Source: Phyllobates terribilis
Lineage: Eukaryota
Assembly (NCBI RefSeq): GCF_046119375.1
Contig: NW_027362765.1
Coordinates: 1,178,001 to 1,242,000, forward strand
Length of the DNA stretch: 64,000 nucleotides
Reading direction: 5' to 3'
Part shown: piece by piece, positions 13,018 through 25,177 of the stretch
Layout of the letters: every line of letters starts with the position of its first letter
Numbering within the stretch: the first letter of the stretch is position 1
Position numbers and translations under genes: made by a program
The notes under the pieces: model-generated
Databases searched by the model: none
What the model was told of the DNA's origin: nothing
The model's input: only the letters and a program-made list of their open reading frames with translations

Positions 13018-13899
13018 CTAATTACAAATTTTTAACTGCATCTAGCCCAGGAAATACTTTGTGCCTAGTAGCAGTGTCTGCTAGTCAGCGGATTATCCCG
13101 GCTGTTAAGCAAGCTACACCACCTGTAGTTTGGACACTTAATTTTTTCAAAGGAAATGCTTCGGGACCACGGGATACTCAGTGAAGAGCATCAGGAGGCA
13201 CCCCAAGGCATAGGGGCTGGGACTGGCAGTAGGATGCCTTGCGGTGGACAGCCGAGCTCGATCCTTATAAAAGCTTTTTAACTGCAGCAGCTTTAGTGGA
13301 CGCTACTGGAGCTGGAATTACGCGGCTGCTGGCATGAGACTTGCCCTCCAATAGATCCTTGTAAATGGATTTAAAGTGTATTCATTCAAATTAGAGAGAC
13401 AATTTAAATTAAAAAGCTTAGAGCTGCCTCCACCACAGGGGGGCTCGCTCGACCCACCAGCGGACAGGCACCAGTATTGGGAGAGGGGGGCTGGCCGTCA
13501 GGGTTCACCGCGGCTCTGGCACAAACCCGGCGACACGGAGGTGACACGGGCAGGAGCGGACTGAACGTGTCGGCTTCTCACTTTTTGGATTTTAGAAGGG
13601 CATGACATGCCTATATCTGTGTCTCCCCCTCCTTTTACTCCTCCACCTCTTTTCTTTTCGCATGACTATATGTACTTGTCACTTTTCCATGTGTTAGTTG
13701 TGTCTTCTGAGCAGTTTGTCAGCTTTTGGACACCTTTGAAGGTGTTTTCTATGTGTTTCTATGTGTTTTTGTTTGCCTGCCATTGGTTTTAACGGTGTTC
13801 GAAGGTGTTCGACGAACAGTTCGACGAACAGTTCGGCGAACACACGGGTGTTCGACGAACCGAACCAAACTCGAACACTACGGGGGTGGCTCAACACTA

Positions 13900-16322
13900 C
13901 TGAGGAGGAGGAGGCTGAGGAGCATGAGGTTCAGGAGCTGTAGACCGTGGGGGCAACCCTGATTGACCTAGGGCCTGCAATCCTTGGCGTCGGGAGGACG
14001 TGTTCCGTCCCAAGGTCCGACTGGGTCCCGGCTTCCACTATGTTAACCCAGTGTGCCATCAGCGAGATGTACCATCCCTGTGGGGACGGCACACTGGGAG
14101 AAATAGTGGCGGCTGGGGACAGAGTACCGAGGGACGGTCGTCGCCATCAGGTTGCGGAATGCTTCTGTCTCCACAAGCCTAAAAGGCAACATTTCGAGCC
14201 AAGTAGTCGTGAATTGTGAGAATTTAGTAGTGTGGCCTGTGGGACGTTGGCTGCATATTTGCGCATGCATTCCAAGGACTGGAGTATGAATAACTGAACG
14301 CTGCGCTGGGACAAGGACATGGACGTGCTTCCTGATGCTGCTACTTGAGATTGTGCAATGACAGGTGCAGGGCAGGAGGCATCTTTGCATGCACTATGGA
14401 CAGGGGATTGACTTGCATGCACAACAGCAGAAGAAGCAATGGTGCCACCTGTAGACACTGTTCCTGAACCCTGGTGTTCGGCCCACAAAGTCGAGTGCTT
14501 TGCTGCCATGTGCCTGATCATGCTGGTGGTGGTCAGGCTGGTCGTTTTGCCACCCCTGCTGATGCTGGTCTGGCTCGTGATGCAAATGGCCTTTTTGGAG
14601 TTATCGGCAGAGTCTTTAAAAAACAACCAGACTCGGGAAGACCTAACAGTTGTAGTGGCAACTTCCTTCGTGTTGGTGTTACGGGAAACGGTAGCCTGCC
14701 TTCTGTCTGCGGCCACCACACTGCTTCTTCCTGCCTGTTGGGGTGCTCTGTCTCCCTCCCCCTGTGTGCTGCTGTCCTTGCTCTGCATGTCCTCCTGCCA
14801 GGTTGGGTCAGTTACTATATCATCCACCACCTCGTCTCCCACTTCTGTACCCTGGTACTATTCCTGACTTTCTGCCAATTGTGTCTCATCATCGTCCACC
14901 TCTTGTGACAGTTTCCCACCGTCGCCTTCGTGTGACCGTGGCTGCTCAAATATTTGGGCATCGCTACACGTGATCTCCTCTTGCCCCGCTTCAAGTGGAC
15001 CGGGCGAGAGGCCCGAATTTATAAATGGAAAAGTGAACAGCTCTTCAGATTGTCCAAGTGTGGGATCAGTTGTCTCTGGGTACTCGGCATGGTGGGAGGA
15101 AGGAGGATCAGGGTGAGGAATATGAGGTCCAGACTCATGGCTAGAGACTTGACCGTGTGGAAGACAGGGTGGTGGTGGTGGTGGCTAAGTGACTGGAAGC
15201 ATTATCCGCTATCCAACCAACAACCTTTTGACACTGATCTGGGTTCAATAGTGGTGTGCTGCGGTCCCCTAGAAATTGGGACAGGAAGGTCAGGCGAGAA
15301 GATGTGGGTGTTTGTTGTGGCACAATTTCGGCTTGCCCACGGTCTTGTCCTCGGCCTCTGCCTGCACCATTACCATCACGTCCAGTTCCCCGTCCCTTGC
15401 CACGTGCCTTGCCCATTTTAAATGGAGGATAGTATCTTCCACGCTCACTACAAATGACTGAGTTTGAAGCGAAGTTATATGTGATCGGTGTGATGGAGAA
15501 AACAGAGTTTTAAATACCTGGCCTGTAGGTAAGTAGTGTGAACAGCAAACTGCTGTGAATTGCTTCACTGACACACTGAAAAAATGGAGGCCAGAAATGG
15601 CAGTATTTTCTGACAACGTATATGTGATCCGTGTGACGGAGAAAACACAGTTTTAAATAGCTGGATTTCTAGCGCTCTAATATGGAAAGGACCTGGCTGT
15701 ATTCTGCAGTGCCAACAAGCAAATGGCGCAGAAAAACGGTGTTCTCTGGATTGCTTTATAAGCAAATAATGAGGATTAAGATCCAAAGAAAAGTATTCCT
15801 GGCCCCTGAGACCTGGGCCTTTGTATAGAAATATCTAACAGCAGCAGAAGGCAGAATTAGAATGGAGCCTCTTGTGCTATATGCACTGCAGTCTGCTATA
15901 TACACTGCCTGCCTGCCTATATACACTGCCTGCCTGATGGATTAGTCCTCAGAAGGACTGTTTGTTGAGATGGATATGTGTAATGTGCGGTTTTTCTCAC
16001 TACACTACCTAATGCACGATCAAATCTCTCCCTAACGCAGCAGCAGCTCTCCCTACACTGTCTGATCCGGAGTGACTGTGATGAGCATGGCGGCGCCAGG
16101 TCTGATATAGACCTGATGACGCTGTGCGGCCAGCCAATCACTGTAATGCCAACAACCAATCCCTGCATGTTCATTGGCTCTGTAAAGAGAGCCAAACATG
16201 CAGGGAGGGGACCCGACTTCCCGCCCGACCAACCCGGAAATACTGGGTGAGCGCAGAGCATCTCGAGCAGTGAGATACTCGGGCAAGCACCGAGCAGTAG
16301 CGAGCATGCTCGCTCATCACTA
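13900..16322 (-). mobile_element. 5' part of a second hAT element (hAT-2) with degenerate transposase
   Basis: Terminus CGCTCATCACTA ends at 16322. Transposase fragments: MGKARGKGRG..VVGWIADNASSHL (15141-15416), BED region VWLFFKDS..SMIRHMAAKH (14147-14842), LEMLPFRLVETEAF..SRHYFSQCAVP (14043-14390), then YISLMAHWVN. Confidence 0.85.
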
Positions 16323-16329
16323 GTTGTCA

Positions 16330-16494
16330 TTAAGATTTAAAAAGAGAAAACACAGAAATGTGACAGTAAATGGCTTTACCCAACCAATAACCATGAGTGG
16401 AGAAAAAGTGTTTTTGTTATCATTCATTTTCTCTGAAACAAGGCCAAGAAACGAAAAATTCTGCCGGGGTATGTAAACTTTTGAGCAGAACTGT
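16330..16494. mobile_element. Terminal fragment of a Tc1-like element
   Basis: Ends GGGTATGTAAACTTTTGAGCAGAACTG plus TA, a Tc1-type TIR end. Confidence 0.55.
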
Positions 16495-16900
16495 ATATGC
16501 GCCAGCCCCAGTGTCTCCTATTCTATATACTCCAGCCCCAGTGTCTCCTATTCTATATACTCCAGCTTCTTCTGTGATGTATATGCTCTAGCCCCAATGT
16601 ATCCTGTGATGAATATACGCCAGCCCCAGTGTCTCCTATTCTATATACTCCAGCCCCAGTGTCTCCTATTCTATATACTCCAGCTTCTTATGTGATGTAT
16701 ATGCTCTAGCCCCAATGTATCCTGTGATGAATATACGCCAGCCCCAGTGTCTCCTATTCTATATACTCCAGCCCCAGTGTCTCCTATTCTATATACTCCA
16801 GCTTCTTCTGTGATGTATATGCTCTAGCCCCAATGTATCCCGTGATGAATATACGCCAGCCCCAGTGTCTCCTATTCTATATACTCCAGCTCCAGTGTCT
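16495..16900. repeat. 118-bp tandem repeat, about 3.4 copies, with an internal 30-bp duplication
   Basis: GCCAGCCCCAGTGTCTCC starts at 16501, 16619, 16737 and 16855. Confidence 0.92.
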
Positions 16901-17292
16901 TCTGTGACGTAGCTAATGTAGCCCTAATGTCTCTTATGCAGAGGCGTCGCATGATAAAGCAGTGAGACACAAGCTCCCTGCCCTATCACTATCTCTTTCA
17001 TATGCCACAGATCGCCATAGGCCTGCGGTTAACGAGATGTCAGCATACTCACGCAGGTGGCTCGATGACATCATTGCATCGCTCTGCTCTGCTGTCCCGC
17101 CATGGAAGAGGAGACAGAGGCCATGATGTAGGGAATCAGGATTAAATGAGAATAAACTTTATTTTTTTAAATGATCGGGCAGTGGAGCCATCCTACTATA
17201 TATCTGGAGTAGTGGGTCCATCATACTACATATAGAGTAGTGGGGCCATTATACTATATGTATGTGGGACAGTGGGACCATCATAGTATATA

Positions 17293-17962
17293 CAGGTGCA
17301 TCTCACTAAATTAGAATATCTTCAAAAAGTTAATTTATTCCAGTTCTTCAATACTGTTTCAGTATGCTCTACAATCATGAGGAAGACTGCTGACTTGACA
17401 GATGTCCAGAAGGCAGGCATTGACACACTCCACAAGGTCCTAGAGTTGCAATTTTCATTTGGAAATCAAGGTCCCAGAGTCTGGAGGAAGAGTGGAGAGT
17501 CCACAATCCAAGTTGCTTGAGGTCTAGTGTGAAGGCTCCACAATCAGTGATGGTTTGGGGGGCCATGTCATCTGCTGGTGTAGGTCCACTGTGTTTTATC
17601 AAGACCAAAGTCAGCACAGCCGGCTACCAGGACATTTTACAGCACTTCATGCTTCCCTCTGCTGACAAGCTTTTTGGAGATGGAAATGTCATTCTCCAGC
17701 AGGACTTGGCCCCTGTCCACACGGCCAAAAGTACCAATACCTGCTTTACACACAACAGTATCACTGTGCTTGATTGGCAGCAAACTCGCCTGACCTTAAC
17801 CCCATAGAGAATCTATTACAGAGAATCTATGGGGTATTGTCAAGAGGAAGATGAGAGACACCAGACCCAACAATGCAGATGAGCTGAAAGACAGCTTTTT
17901 GTATTGAAGAACTGAAATAAATTAACTTTTTGATGATATTCTAATTTAGTGAGATGCACCTG
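17293..17962 (+). mobile_element. Internally deleted Tc1 element with both TIRs
   Basis: About 60-bp TIRs CAGGTGCATCTCACTAAATTAGAATATC.. flanked by TA. Transposase remnants SVMVWGAMSSAGVGPL, QQDLAPVHTAKST and NLWGIVKRKMR. It sits inside a GTAGTGGGGCCATCATACTATATA minisatellite (17195-18030). Confidence 0.92.
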
Positions 17963-18040
17963 TATATGGAGCAGTGGGACCATCATGCTATATATATGGA
18001 GGAGTGGGGGCATCATACTAAATATAGAGCAGTGTGTGTG

Positions 18041-19510
18041 TGTCACCCCAGGCCTGGATGCCACAAACAATAATCTGTTTCTGAAAGCAGGAGGGAGGTC
18101 CCCTGGTTAGGGACAATTAGCATACAGCACCTCCTGTCCCAGGCCAGCAGGGGGAGCTGGCTGCCCCTATAAAAGCTGGAACTGGGGGCAGGGTTAGAGA
18201 AAACTGGACGACCTAGCTCAGGAGTGAGACTAGTCCCAGAGAAGGAGGGACAGTTCAGCTGTAGCTGAGGAGTCCGTGAGGCAGAGGAGAAACTGCAAGC
18301 CAGGGACAGAGGCGACAAGAGCCGGTCCTGGCAGAGAACCAATCTACCGGACATTGGGGTCCGAGGCTGTCAGGGTTACAAGCCCAGCAGCAGAGAACCA
18401 ACCTGCGAGGGATTTCAGGTCCCTTGGCGTAAGAAGCCTGGAGGCTCCGCCACACAGAGGGACCAGTACATTGAGGAGCAAGCAACAGGTACCCAAGGCC
18501 TGAGTCGCAAGCCATACAGGAGAGAAGTACACGGCCAGCTCAGGGACGTGGGCTATTACACCACGAAAAGGGGGATAGTCAGAAAGAGCATAGAGAGAAC
18601 GGTAGGCCTACACACTCACCCTGACCAGTGGGGCTCGCCCGAATGCTCTCATACACCCAGGCCCATTCCTAACCGGTACTGTTGGGTCATTAATAATATC
18701 TACAATAAAGACCCTGAACTGTTTGAAGCAGACTCTGAACTCTTACTATTGCGGCCTGCACTATCACCCCCAACATCCACCTACACTGCCCTGAGGCTAC
18801 ACTCTTCCCGTGGGGAGTTATCCTATCCCTGTGCTGCACACCAACACCAGCCTCAGCGGTCTGCCTTGCAGCGGAGGTTATCTCCAACCGCAATCCACGG
18901 GTGGCGTAGTCGGACATTCAAAACACTGATAAATAGACTGCCACCATTTGGTCTGACCACCCTGAGCCACGGGATCGGGTTGCCACTACTACCCCCATCA
19001 GCACCGTACACTAGAAGGCCCGGTTCCGGGTACCCCACGGCCCAGGGGGCGAGTCAGCTTTGGCGTAGTCGGCAGAATTGTGACCAACCCACCACAAACG
19101 GGTATTGCGTGCCTGGAAAAGACTCTATACATATCTGAGTGAAGTTTCCCGCCATTCGGGGCTATTTCCCGCCAATCGGAGCCGTTTCCCGCCATCGGGC
19201 GCCATCTTCGGGTCGCCGCGCGGGAAGAAGAGGGGCGTGGACGTCCAAAAACGCGCGAGACCTGAAGCCCCGCCCTACGCTGAGACGCTGCTCAAGGTCC
19301 TGGAAGGAGATCCAGCGGATGCCGACGTCATCACCGAGCAACGCAAGGTCCTCGCCCAGAGCATCGCGAGCGGAGCCGCGGCCTACAGAAGAGGATCGCC
19401 AGAAGGTAGGCCACGGTTAACTAGGGGGGAGGAAGATGTCGGACGCGGAGGGACCCTCTACCACCAGCGTAGCCGCTGCAGCTGTGATGCCGTTTTCCAT
19501 GCCCTATATC
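18041..19510 (+). mobile_element. Gypsy-type element: 5' LTR (18041-19056), PBS, leader and truncated gag start
   Basis: The LTR starts TGTCA and ends GAGTCA, and is related to the LTR at 11644-12857. A PBS follows, then ATG at 19436 (MSDAEGPSTTSVAAAAVMPFSMPYI), gag-like and cut off at about 19510. Confidence 0.8.
19061..19079 (+). promoter_or_regulatory. Primer-binding site complementary to the tRNA-Ser 3' end
   Basis: TGGCGTAGTCGGCAGAATT, 4 nt after the LTR end. The vertebrate tRNA-Ser 3' end AATCCTGCCGACTACG-CCA predicts TGGCGTAGTCGGCAGGATT (1 mismatch). Confidence 0.85.
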
Positions 19511-19907
19511 CATAGGCGGATTATAATGAGGGCAATCCGGGCGACCGCCCAGGGCCCCGAGCCTGCAGGGGCCCCGCGGCTCCAGGCGGGGTGTCTAATG
19601 CCGGATTGCCCTTATTATATGTGCGGGCCGCCGCGGCACATAGCGGTAGCAGTGGCGGAAGGGGGGGTTCCGGACCGCTCCCCCAGCAGCGGCCGCCGCT
19701 ACTTCTTCATCGGCTCGGCCAGCACTGCAGCAGTTAACTTCCCTGTGCTGGCCCGGCCGCGTCACTGCTAGGAGACATGGCCCTGTGCGCGGCTGTGCCT
19801 CCTAGCTGTGACGTCACGCAGTGCGCCCCGGCCTGCAGTGCTGCACCGGAAAAGAGAGAGAGCAGGCAGGAGGAATTGAGCCGGGGGATGGTGAGTGTGT
19901 GTGTGTG

Positions 19908-20586
19908 NNNNNNNNNNNNNNNNNNNNNNNNNNNNNNNNNNNNNNNNNNNNNNNNNNNNNNNNNNNNNNNNNNNNNNNNNNNNNNNNNNNNNNNNNNNNN
20001 NNNNNNNNNNNNNNNNNNNNNNNNNNNNNNNNNNNNNNNNNNNNNNNNNNNNNNNNNNNNNNNGGTAGTTGTGTGTGTGGGTAGTTGTGTGTGTGTTTGT
20101 GGGCAGGTGTCTGTGGGGGCANNNNNNNNNNNNNNNNNNNNNNNNNNNNNNNNNNNNNNNNNNNNNNNNNNNNNNNNNNNNNNNNNNNNNNNNNNNNNNN
20201 NNNNNNNNNNNNNNNNNNNNNNNNNNNNNNNNNNNNNNNNNNNNNNNNNNNNNNNNNNNNNNNNNNNNNNNNNNNNNNNNNNNNNNNNNNNNNNNNNNNN
20301 NNNNNNNNNNNNNNNNNNNNNNNNNNNNNNNNNNNNNNNNNNNNNNNNNNNNNNNNNNNNNNNNNNNNNNNNNNNNNNNNNNNTGTGTGTGTGGGNNNNN
20401 NNNNNNNNNNNNNNNNNNNNNNNNNNNNNNNNNNNNNNNNNNNNNNNNNNNNNNNNNNNNNNNNNNNNNNNNNNNNNNNNNNNNNNNNNNNNNNNNNNNN
20501 NNNNNNNNNNNNNNNNNNNNNNNNNNNNNNNNNNNNNNNNNNNNNNNNNNNNNNNNNNNNNNNNNNNNNNNNNNNNNNNNNNNNNN
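19908..20586. other. Three N gaps (19908-20063, 20122-20383, 20396-20586) within TG-rich sequence
   Basis: N runs flanked by (TG)n and GTGGGCAGGTGT repeats. Confidence 0.99.
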
Positions 20587-20804
20587 CCCTGTTGAACACT
20601 ACACCTGACTTGAGGCCACCACCTCTTGGTTGTCCAATGTTCTTGCTTCTCTAGGGCAGGGCTCTTCTCAGATATTCATTATACCAGCTCCCCAGAATAC
20701 CAAAGTTAGGGTGGGTGACCGCGAGCCCTGGTGGTGGTCATAACTGCGGCCACCCAGGGGCAATACTCCATAACAACAATCCCCTGAGGTGGTGTAGGAT
20801 GTAA

Positions 20805-21072
20805 GGACCTATTCACACTACATTCAGCTCTGCATTCAGGTCTTTACACAAGGCTTACAACTGAATCCCTGAAATTCAGGATTGTGCTGTCTGAAATGAG
20901 ACATCTGAAAGCAGAGAAAATGGAGCCTAAAGATTCAGACTTTAGCCTCGGTTTGCCTTTGTTCAAATCAATGGCTATGTCAAGGCACATCTGAATGGCA
21001 TTTTTCAGGGATTTAGATAGAAGTCTGGAAAGAGGAGATGAATGCATTGCAAAATTCAGTGTGAATAGGCCC
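20805..21072. mobile_element. Palindromic MITE
   Basis: Inverted ends AAGGACCTATTCACACT / AGTGTGAATAGGCCCTT, with internal inverted TTCAG..CTGAA segments. Confidence 0.65.
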
Positions 21073-21134
21073 TTATATCTGGAGTCTTGATATTGATGCC
21101 ACAAGCATTTTACTTGTTTTTAACTTAAAAAAAA

Positions 21135-21380
21135 AATACACACACACAAATTATACACACACACACACACACACACTATACATACACACACACTATACAT
21201 ACACACACATTATACACACACACTATACATACACACACACAGATGTGTATGTGGGCAGGTGTGTGTGTGTGGGCAGGTGTGTGTGTGTGTGGGCAGATGT
21301 CATTGTGTGATGTCTGTTTGTATGTATTTTTGTGTTTCAAATGTGTTTATGCATGTCTGTATATGTTTGTGTGTGTGTAT
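21135..21380. repeat. (CA)n and TG-rich low-complexity tract
   Basis: ACACAC/TATACAT repeats, followed by GTGTGTGGGCAGGTGT repeats. Confidence 0.9.
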
Positions 21381-21384
21381 GACT

Positions 21385-21930
21385 GCATGCGGCCTCCTGC
21401 TGAGTATAGTTGGCGCCGTGCGGCCTCCTGATGTCTCTGGGGGGGCTCCGTGCAGCCTCCCGCTGTGTATAGATGGCTACGTGCGGCCCCCCGCTGTTTA
21501 TAGACGGCGCCGTGCGGCCCCCCGCTGTGTATAGATGGCTACGTGCGCCCCTCGCTGTGTATAGATGGCTACGTGCGGCCCCCCGCTGAGTATAGAAGTC
21601 GCCGTGCGGCCTCCTGCTGTGTATAGATGGCTACGTGCGGTCTCCCGCTGAGTATAGATGGCGCTGTGCGGCCTCCTGCTGTTTCTGGGGGGAGCGCCGT
21701 GCGGCATCTATACTCAGCAGGAGGCCGCACGTAGCCATCTATACAGGTATACTCAGCAGGAGGCCGCACGTAGCCATCTATACGGTGCCATCTATACACA
21801 GCGGGAGGCCGCACGGCGCAATCTATACACAGCGGGAGGCCGCACGGCGCCATCTATACACAGCGGGAGGCCGCACGGCGCCATCTATACACAGTGGGAG
21901 GCCGCACGGCGCCATCTATACACAGCGGGA
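21385..21930. repeat. About 30-bp GC-rich minisatellite arranged as two inverted blocks
   Basis: GCCGTGCGGCCTCCCGCTGTGTATAGATGGC units run to about 21704; the reverse-complement units GCCATCTATACACAGCGGGAGGCCGCACGGC run 21705-21930. Confidence 0.9.
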
Positions 21931-22200
21931 GTCTCAGTGCTTTGCAAGAGCAGTCAATAAATTCTGCTTGACTAATTCTGAGCACCATAAAGTCTGGTTC
22001 GCTTCTAACCTGCTGTCTTCATTTTCAGCTTGCTGAATTCTAACTCATTTACTGTCATTCGAGACGATGCCTTTGCTGGTCTCTTTCACCTTGAATACCT
22101 GTAAGTGCTCCACTTAATGTCATATTTTTGATTCTGTTCTTCTTCATCTTTTGGCATGTGCAATTGTATGAGCAAGTATTCATATGAATTTATGACCTAC

Positions 22201-22297
22201 TTAAACCTTTGAGGACCTTAAATTTTATTCAATCAAATTTTTTTCCAGTTTAAAACTATGGGACATATATGTGCCTTGGTCCTCAAAGGGTTTTTAA
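22201..22297. mobile_element. Very short TTAA-type (piggyBac-like) MITE remnant
   Basis: Inverted ends TTAAACCTTTGAGGACC / GGTCCTCAAAGGGTTT, about 60 bp apart. Confidence 0.45.
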
Positions 22298-23302
22298 AGG
22301 GGCTGCAAACATAAATACGAAAAAAATAATTCAATTAGTGCTTTTTGTGTTCATTTAATTTTTATTTGAAGTCCATTTTTTTATATACCTTGAAATTAAG
22401 CCCTACCCCATGGAATGAAGCCCTACCTACATGACATCTGAGAGCTACATGGATCCCGCTTGTGAGGTGCCTGTCCGTCACTACTATTCAGTTTTAGGGT
22501 CCACTCACTAAGCCATATATTCTCTCATGCAAGAGAATAGGGCCAATTATGCTAATGACACTGGGCTCAAACTCTGTCAGAGCTTCAACTGAGTGTGATC
22601 CGATTCTCTCGCAGCACAGATATGGAGAAGATGGAGAACTTACTTTCTCCATCTTCTCCATAGTCTCTGTGAGTGTTCATCGGACTGCACTTGGATGACA
22701 TCCGAGTGCAGTCCAATGTTTTACGTGCACCTGTAGACTTGTATGGGTGCACATGGTCCGAATATTGAATGAGATTATTTTCTCATGCCAATAATCGCAG
22801 ATCTGCACTGTCCCATAGTATAACATAGGGCCGAGTCCTATCCGATAAAACATCACATAGCATTTGGCCGTGTTATACGACAGTGTGAGCGAGCCCTTAG
22901 AGTCAAGGAATATTTACATGCAGATGATGATATTACTCTCCAAGTGAATATTTTTTTAGGCGAGTTCATAGTAAATGCTTTGCCTTTTTGACATGTGATC
23001 AACTAAAGAACAAGAAAGATTTAGGACCTCGCCTATAGAGAAACGGAAAATAGTTTGGAGGACTTGCATGTCCTTTTTTATTTATTATGAGAAAATCATA
23101 AAAGATCCTGTTTTTTAACCATGCTGTGACTTTCTGCTGAGGGAGAGGGAGAGAGCTGCCCTATTCAGAGTCTGTAATAAGACCTGCTGACAAAAGTGTT
23201 GAAGATACAGTCTAATGTGAATTAACAATGAAAAAAAGTTAATTTAACAAAAGGCTTGTATTTTTTTTAATACAAACTTTTTTGTCTTTACAGCTCCTTT
23301 AA

Positions 23303-23707
23303 AGGGAATCTGTCATCAGGTTTTTGCCACCTAATCTGAGAGCAGCATAATGTAGGGTTAGAGGCACTGATTCCAGTAATGTGTCACTTACTGGGCTGCT
23401 TAGTGTTGTTTTGATAAAATCATTGATTTGTCAGACGGTAATTATCACTAGATGACTAGTAAGTTCTGTAGGACCCCACCCCCATCACTGATCAGTAGAT
23501 TTCTGTGTACACTGAGCATGGGCAGAAAGCTGCCAATCAGTGGTGTGGGTGGGGCTATACAGAGCGCAGCATTCAGAGAGCTGCTAGATCTGCAGCAGAT
23601 AAAACGGTGATTTTCTCAAAATGACAACAAGCAGCTGAAAAAGTGACACATCGCTGGAATCAGGGTATCTGCCCCAATATTGTGCTGCTCTCAGATGAGG
23701 CAGCACA
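23303..23707. mobile_element. T2/Kolobok-type MITE, one end truncated
   Basis: Starts TTAA|AGGGAATCTGTCA. Internal inverted segments GAGAGCAGCATAAT..CTGATTCCAG..GTGTCACTT and AAGTGACAC..CTGGAATCAG..GTGCTGCTCTC. Confidence 0.6.
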
Positions 23708-23849
23708 ATTAATATTATGCCAAATTAATTTCCCGTGAACTATCACATGATCTATCACAGGGGATCATGTGACATGTCACGTGATAAATCAGGTGTGTGG
23801 AGGGGGCCCGCGCCTTCTAAACTGCCCGGGGCCCTTGCTACTCTTAATC

Positions 23850-24960
23850 CACCCCTGTCTGCTCCTGTTCTAATCCAACCCCATCTCCAAGAACCATTCA
23901 TTGTGGAGGTGGATGTTTCGGAGGTTGGGGTAGGGGCCGTTTTATTTTAATGTTCCAAGACTCTGACCAATTTACGGCCATGTGGTTTTTTATCAAGAAA
24001 ATTTTCATCTGCTGAAAGAAATTCTGCTGTTGAGAATTGTGAGTTACTCACTGTTATATTAGCCTTTAAGGTTTGAAGACATTTTCTGGAGGGAGAAGTT
24101 CATCAAATCACTGTGGTCACTGACCAGAAGAATTTAGCGTATACTGAATCAGCTAAATGGCTAACTTCTAGACAGGCCAGAGGGTCCTTATTTTTTTCTA
24201 GATTCAATTTCTCTATCACTTTCAGGCCGGGGTCCAAGCAGTTTTAGTTCTGTTTCTCCTCCAAAACCTCCATTCTCCCTGAGGGCATTGTGGTTTCTGT
24301 GATATCCTTGGAGGTTGAAGCTGAGATCTGTAAAGTCCAATCGTCTCCTTTCGCCATGCCTAGGTCCAAATTATTTGTAGTTGTGTACCTAAGATTGCGT
24401 CTGTTGCAGGAGTTTCATGATTTCATCATGAGTGGTCATCCGCGGTTCACAGCTATACAGAAAGCTATTACTAGGCTTTTTTGGTGGCCATCTATGAATA
24501 ATTATTTAAAGATTTTGTATCTGCTTGTGTAGTTTGCGCACACGCTAAAGTCTGTCATAACAGTGCGGTTGGAGTATTGGCTCCATTGCAATTCCAGAAA
24601 GACAGTGAACTCATCTGTCCATGGATTTCATCACAGATTTGCCTCTGTCTGGTGGGAATACTGTCTTTGGGTGGCTGTTGACTGATTCATTAAACGGGCT
24701 CATTTTGTTCCTTTGTCAGAGGATTACCTAATGCAGAGACATTCTCCAGGTTTTTTATTTCTCATAAAGTAAGGCTACATGGGATCCCTCTTAACATTGT
24801 GTTTGATAGGGGAGTGCAATTTGTCTCCAAATTCTGCAGAGATTTTTGTAATAAACTGGGAATTCATTTATTTTCCTGTGCCTACCACCCTGAAATCAAT
24901 GGTCAGACAGAAAGGACAAATCAATCTCAAATTTTAAGGTGTTTTGTTGCAGCTCAGTGT
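23850..24960 (+). mobile_element. Degenerate Ty3/Gypsy pol fragment (RNase H and integrase)
   Basis: [60 protein letters not shown] and FDRGVQFVSKF..AYHPEINGQTERTNQ, with many stops and frameshifts. Confidence 0.9.
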
Positions 24961-24990
24961 TTTGCTGCGACTTCATTCTTACTACTTGCT

Positions 24991-25177
24991 GAGTGCCACC
25001 GCCCCACTATTAGTATTTGGTAAGTATTTTTTCTCAGGAGTGGGAGCCAAAACCAGGAGTAGGTGATAAATGTAGAATTTGTGACTTGTTTCTATTATAC
25101 CTTTTCTCTGATTGTTCTTCACCTGGTTTTGGCTCCCACTCCCGAGGAAAAATACTGACCGTGGAGACGTGGCCTAA
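24991..25177. mobile_element. Palindromic MITE, same family as the split copy at 56220/61407
   Basis: Inverted segments CTCAGGAGTGGGAGCCAAAACCAGG / CCTGGTTTTGGCTCCCACTCCCGAG; ends GTGGCCTAA. Confidence 0.75.

Larger units (their letters stand above)
2869..13899 (+). mobile_element. Composite hAT DNA transposon (hAT-1) containing a satellite, a transposase pseudogene and nested insertions
   Basis: Left terminus TAGAGATGAGCG at 2869 with GTTCG/CGAAC-rich subterminal repeats. Right terminus GCTCAACACTA ends at 13899 after similar repeats (13790-13880). Satellite-unit homologues at about 8272-8380 and 13018-13080 link the two halves. The flanking 8-mers differ, so the pairing of the ends is inferred. 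Confidence 0.65.

Noticed and set aside
2705-13950. Clean insertion of hAT-1 into the hAT-2 ORF
   Set aside because: The flanking hAT fragments are collinear but overlap by about 40 nt, about 130 bp of extra sequence lies at the left junction, and there is no TSD.
2869-16322. A single hAT bounded by the termini at 2869 and 16322
   Set aside because: The flanking 8-mers (TTTACAAC versus GTTGTCAT) are not a direct repeat, the two transposases point in opposite directions, and an intervening terminus exists at 13899.
19777-20654. Long ORFs of 180-270 aa
   Set aside because: They are mostly X residues from N gaps.
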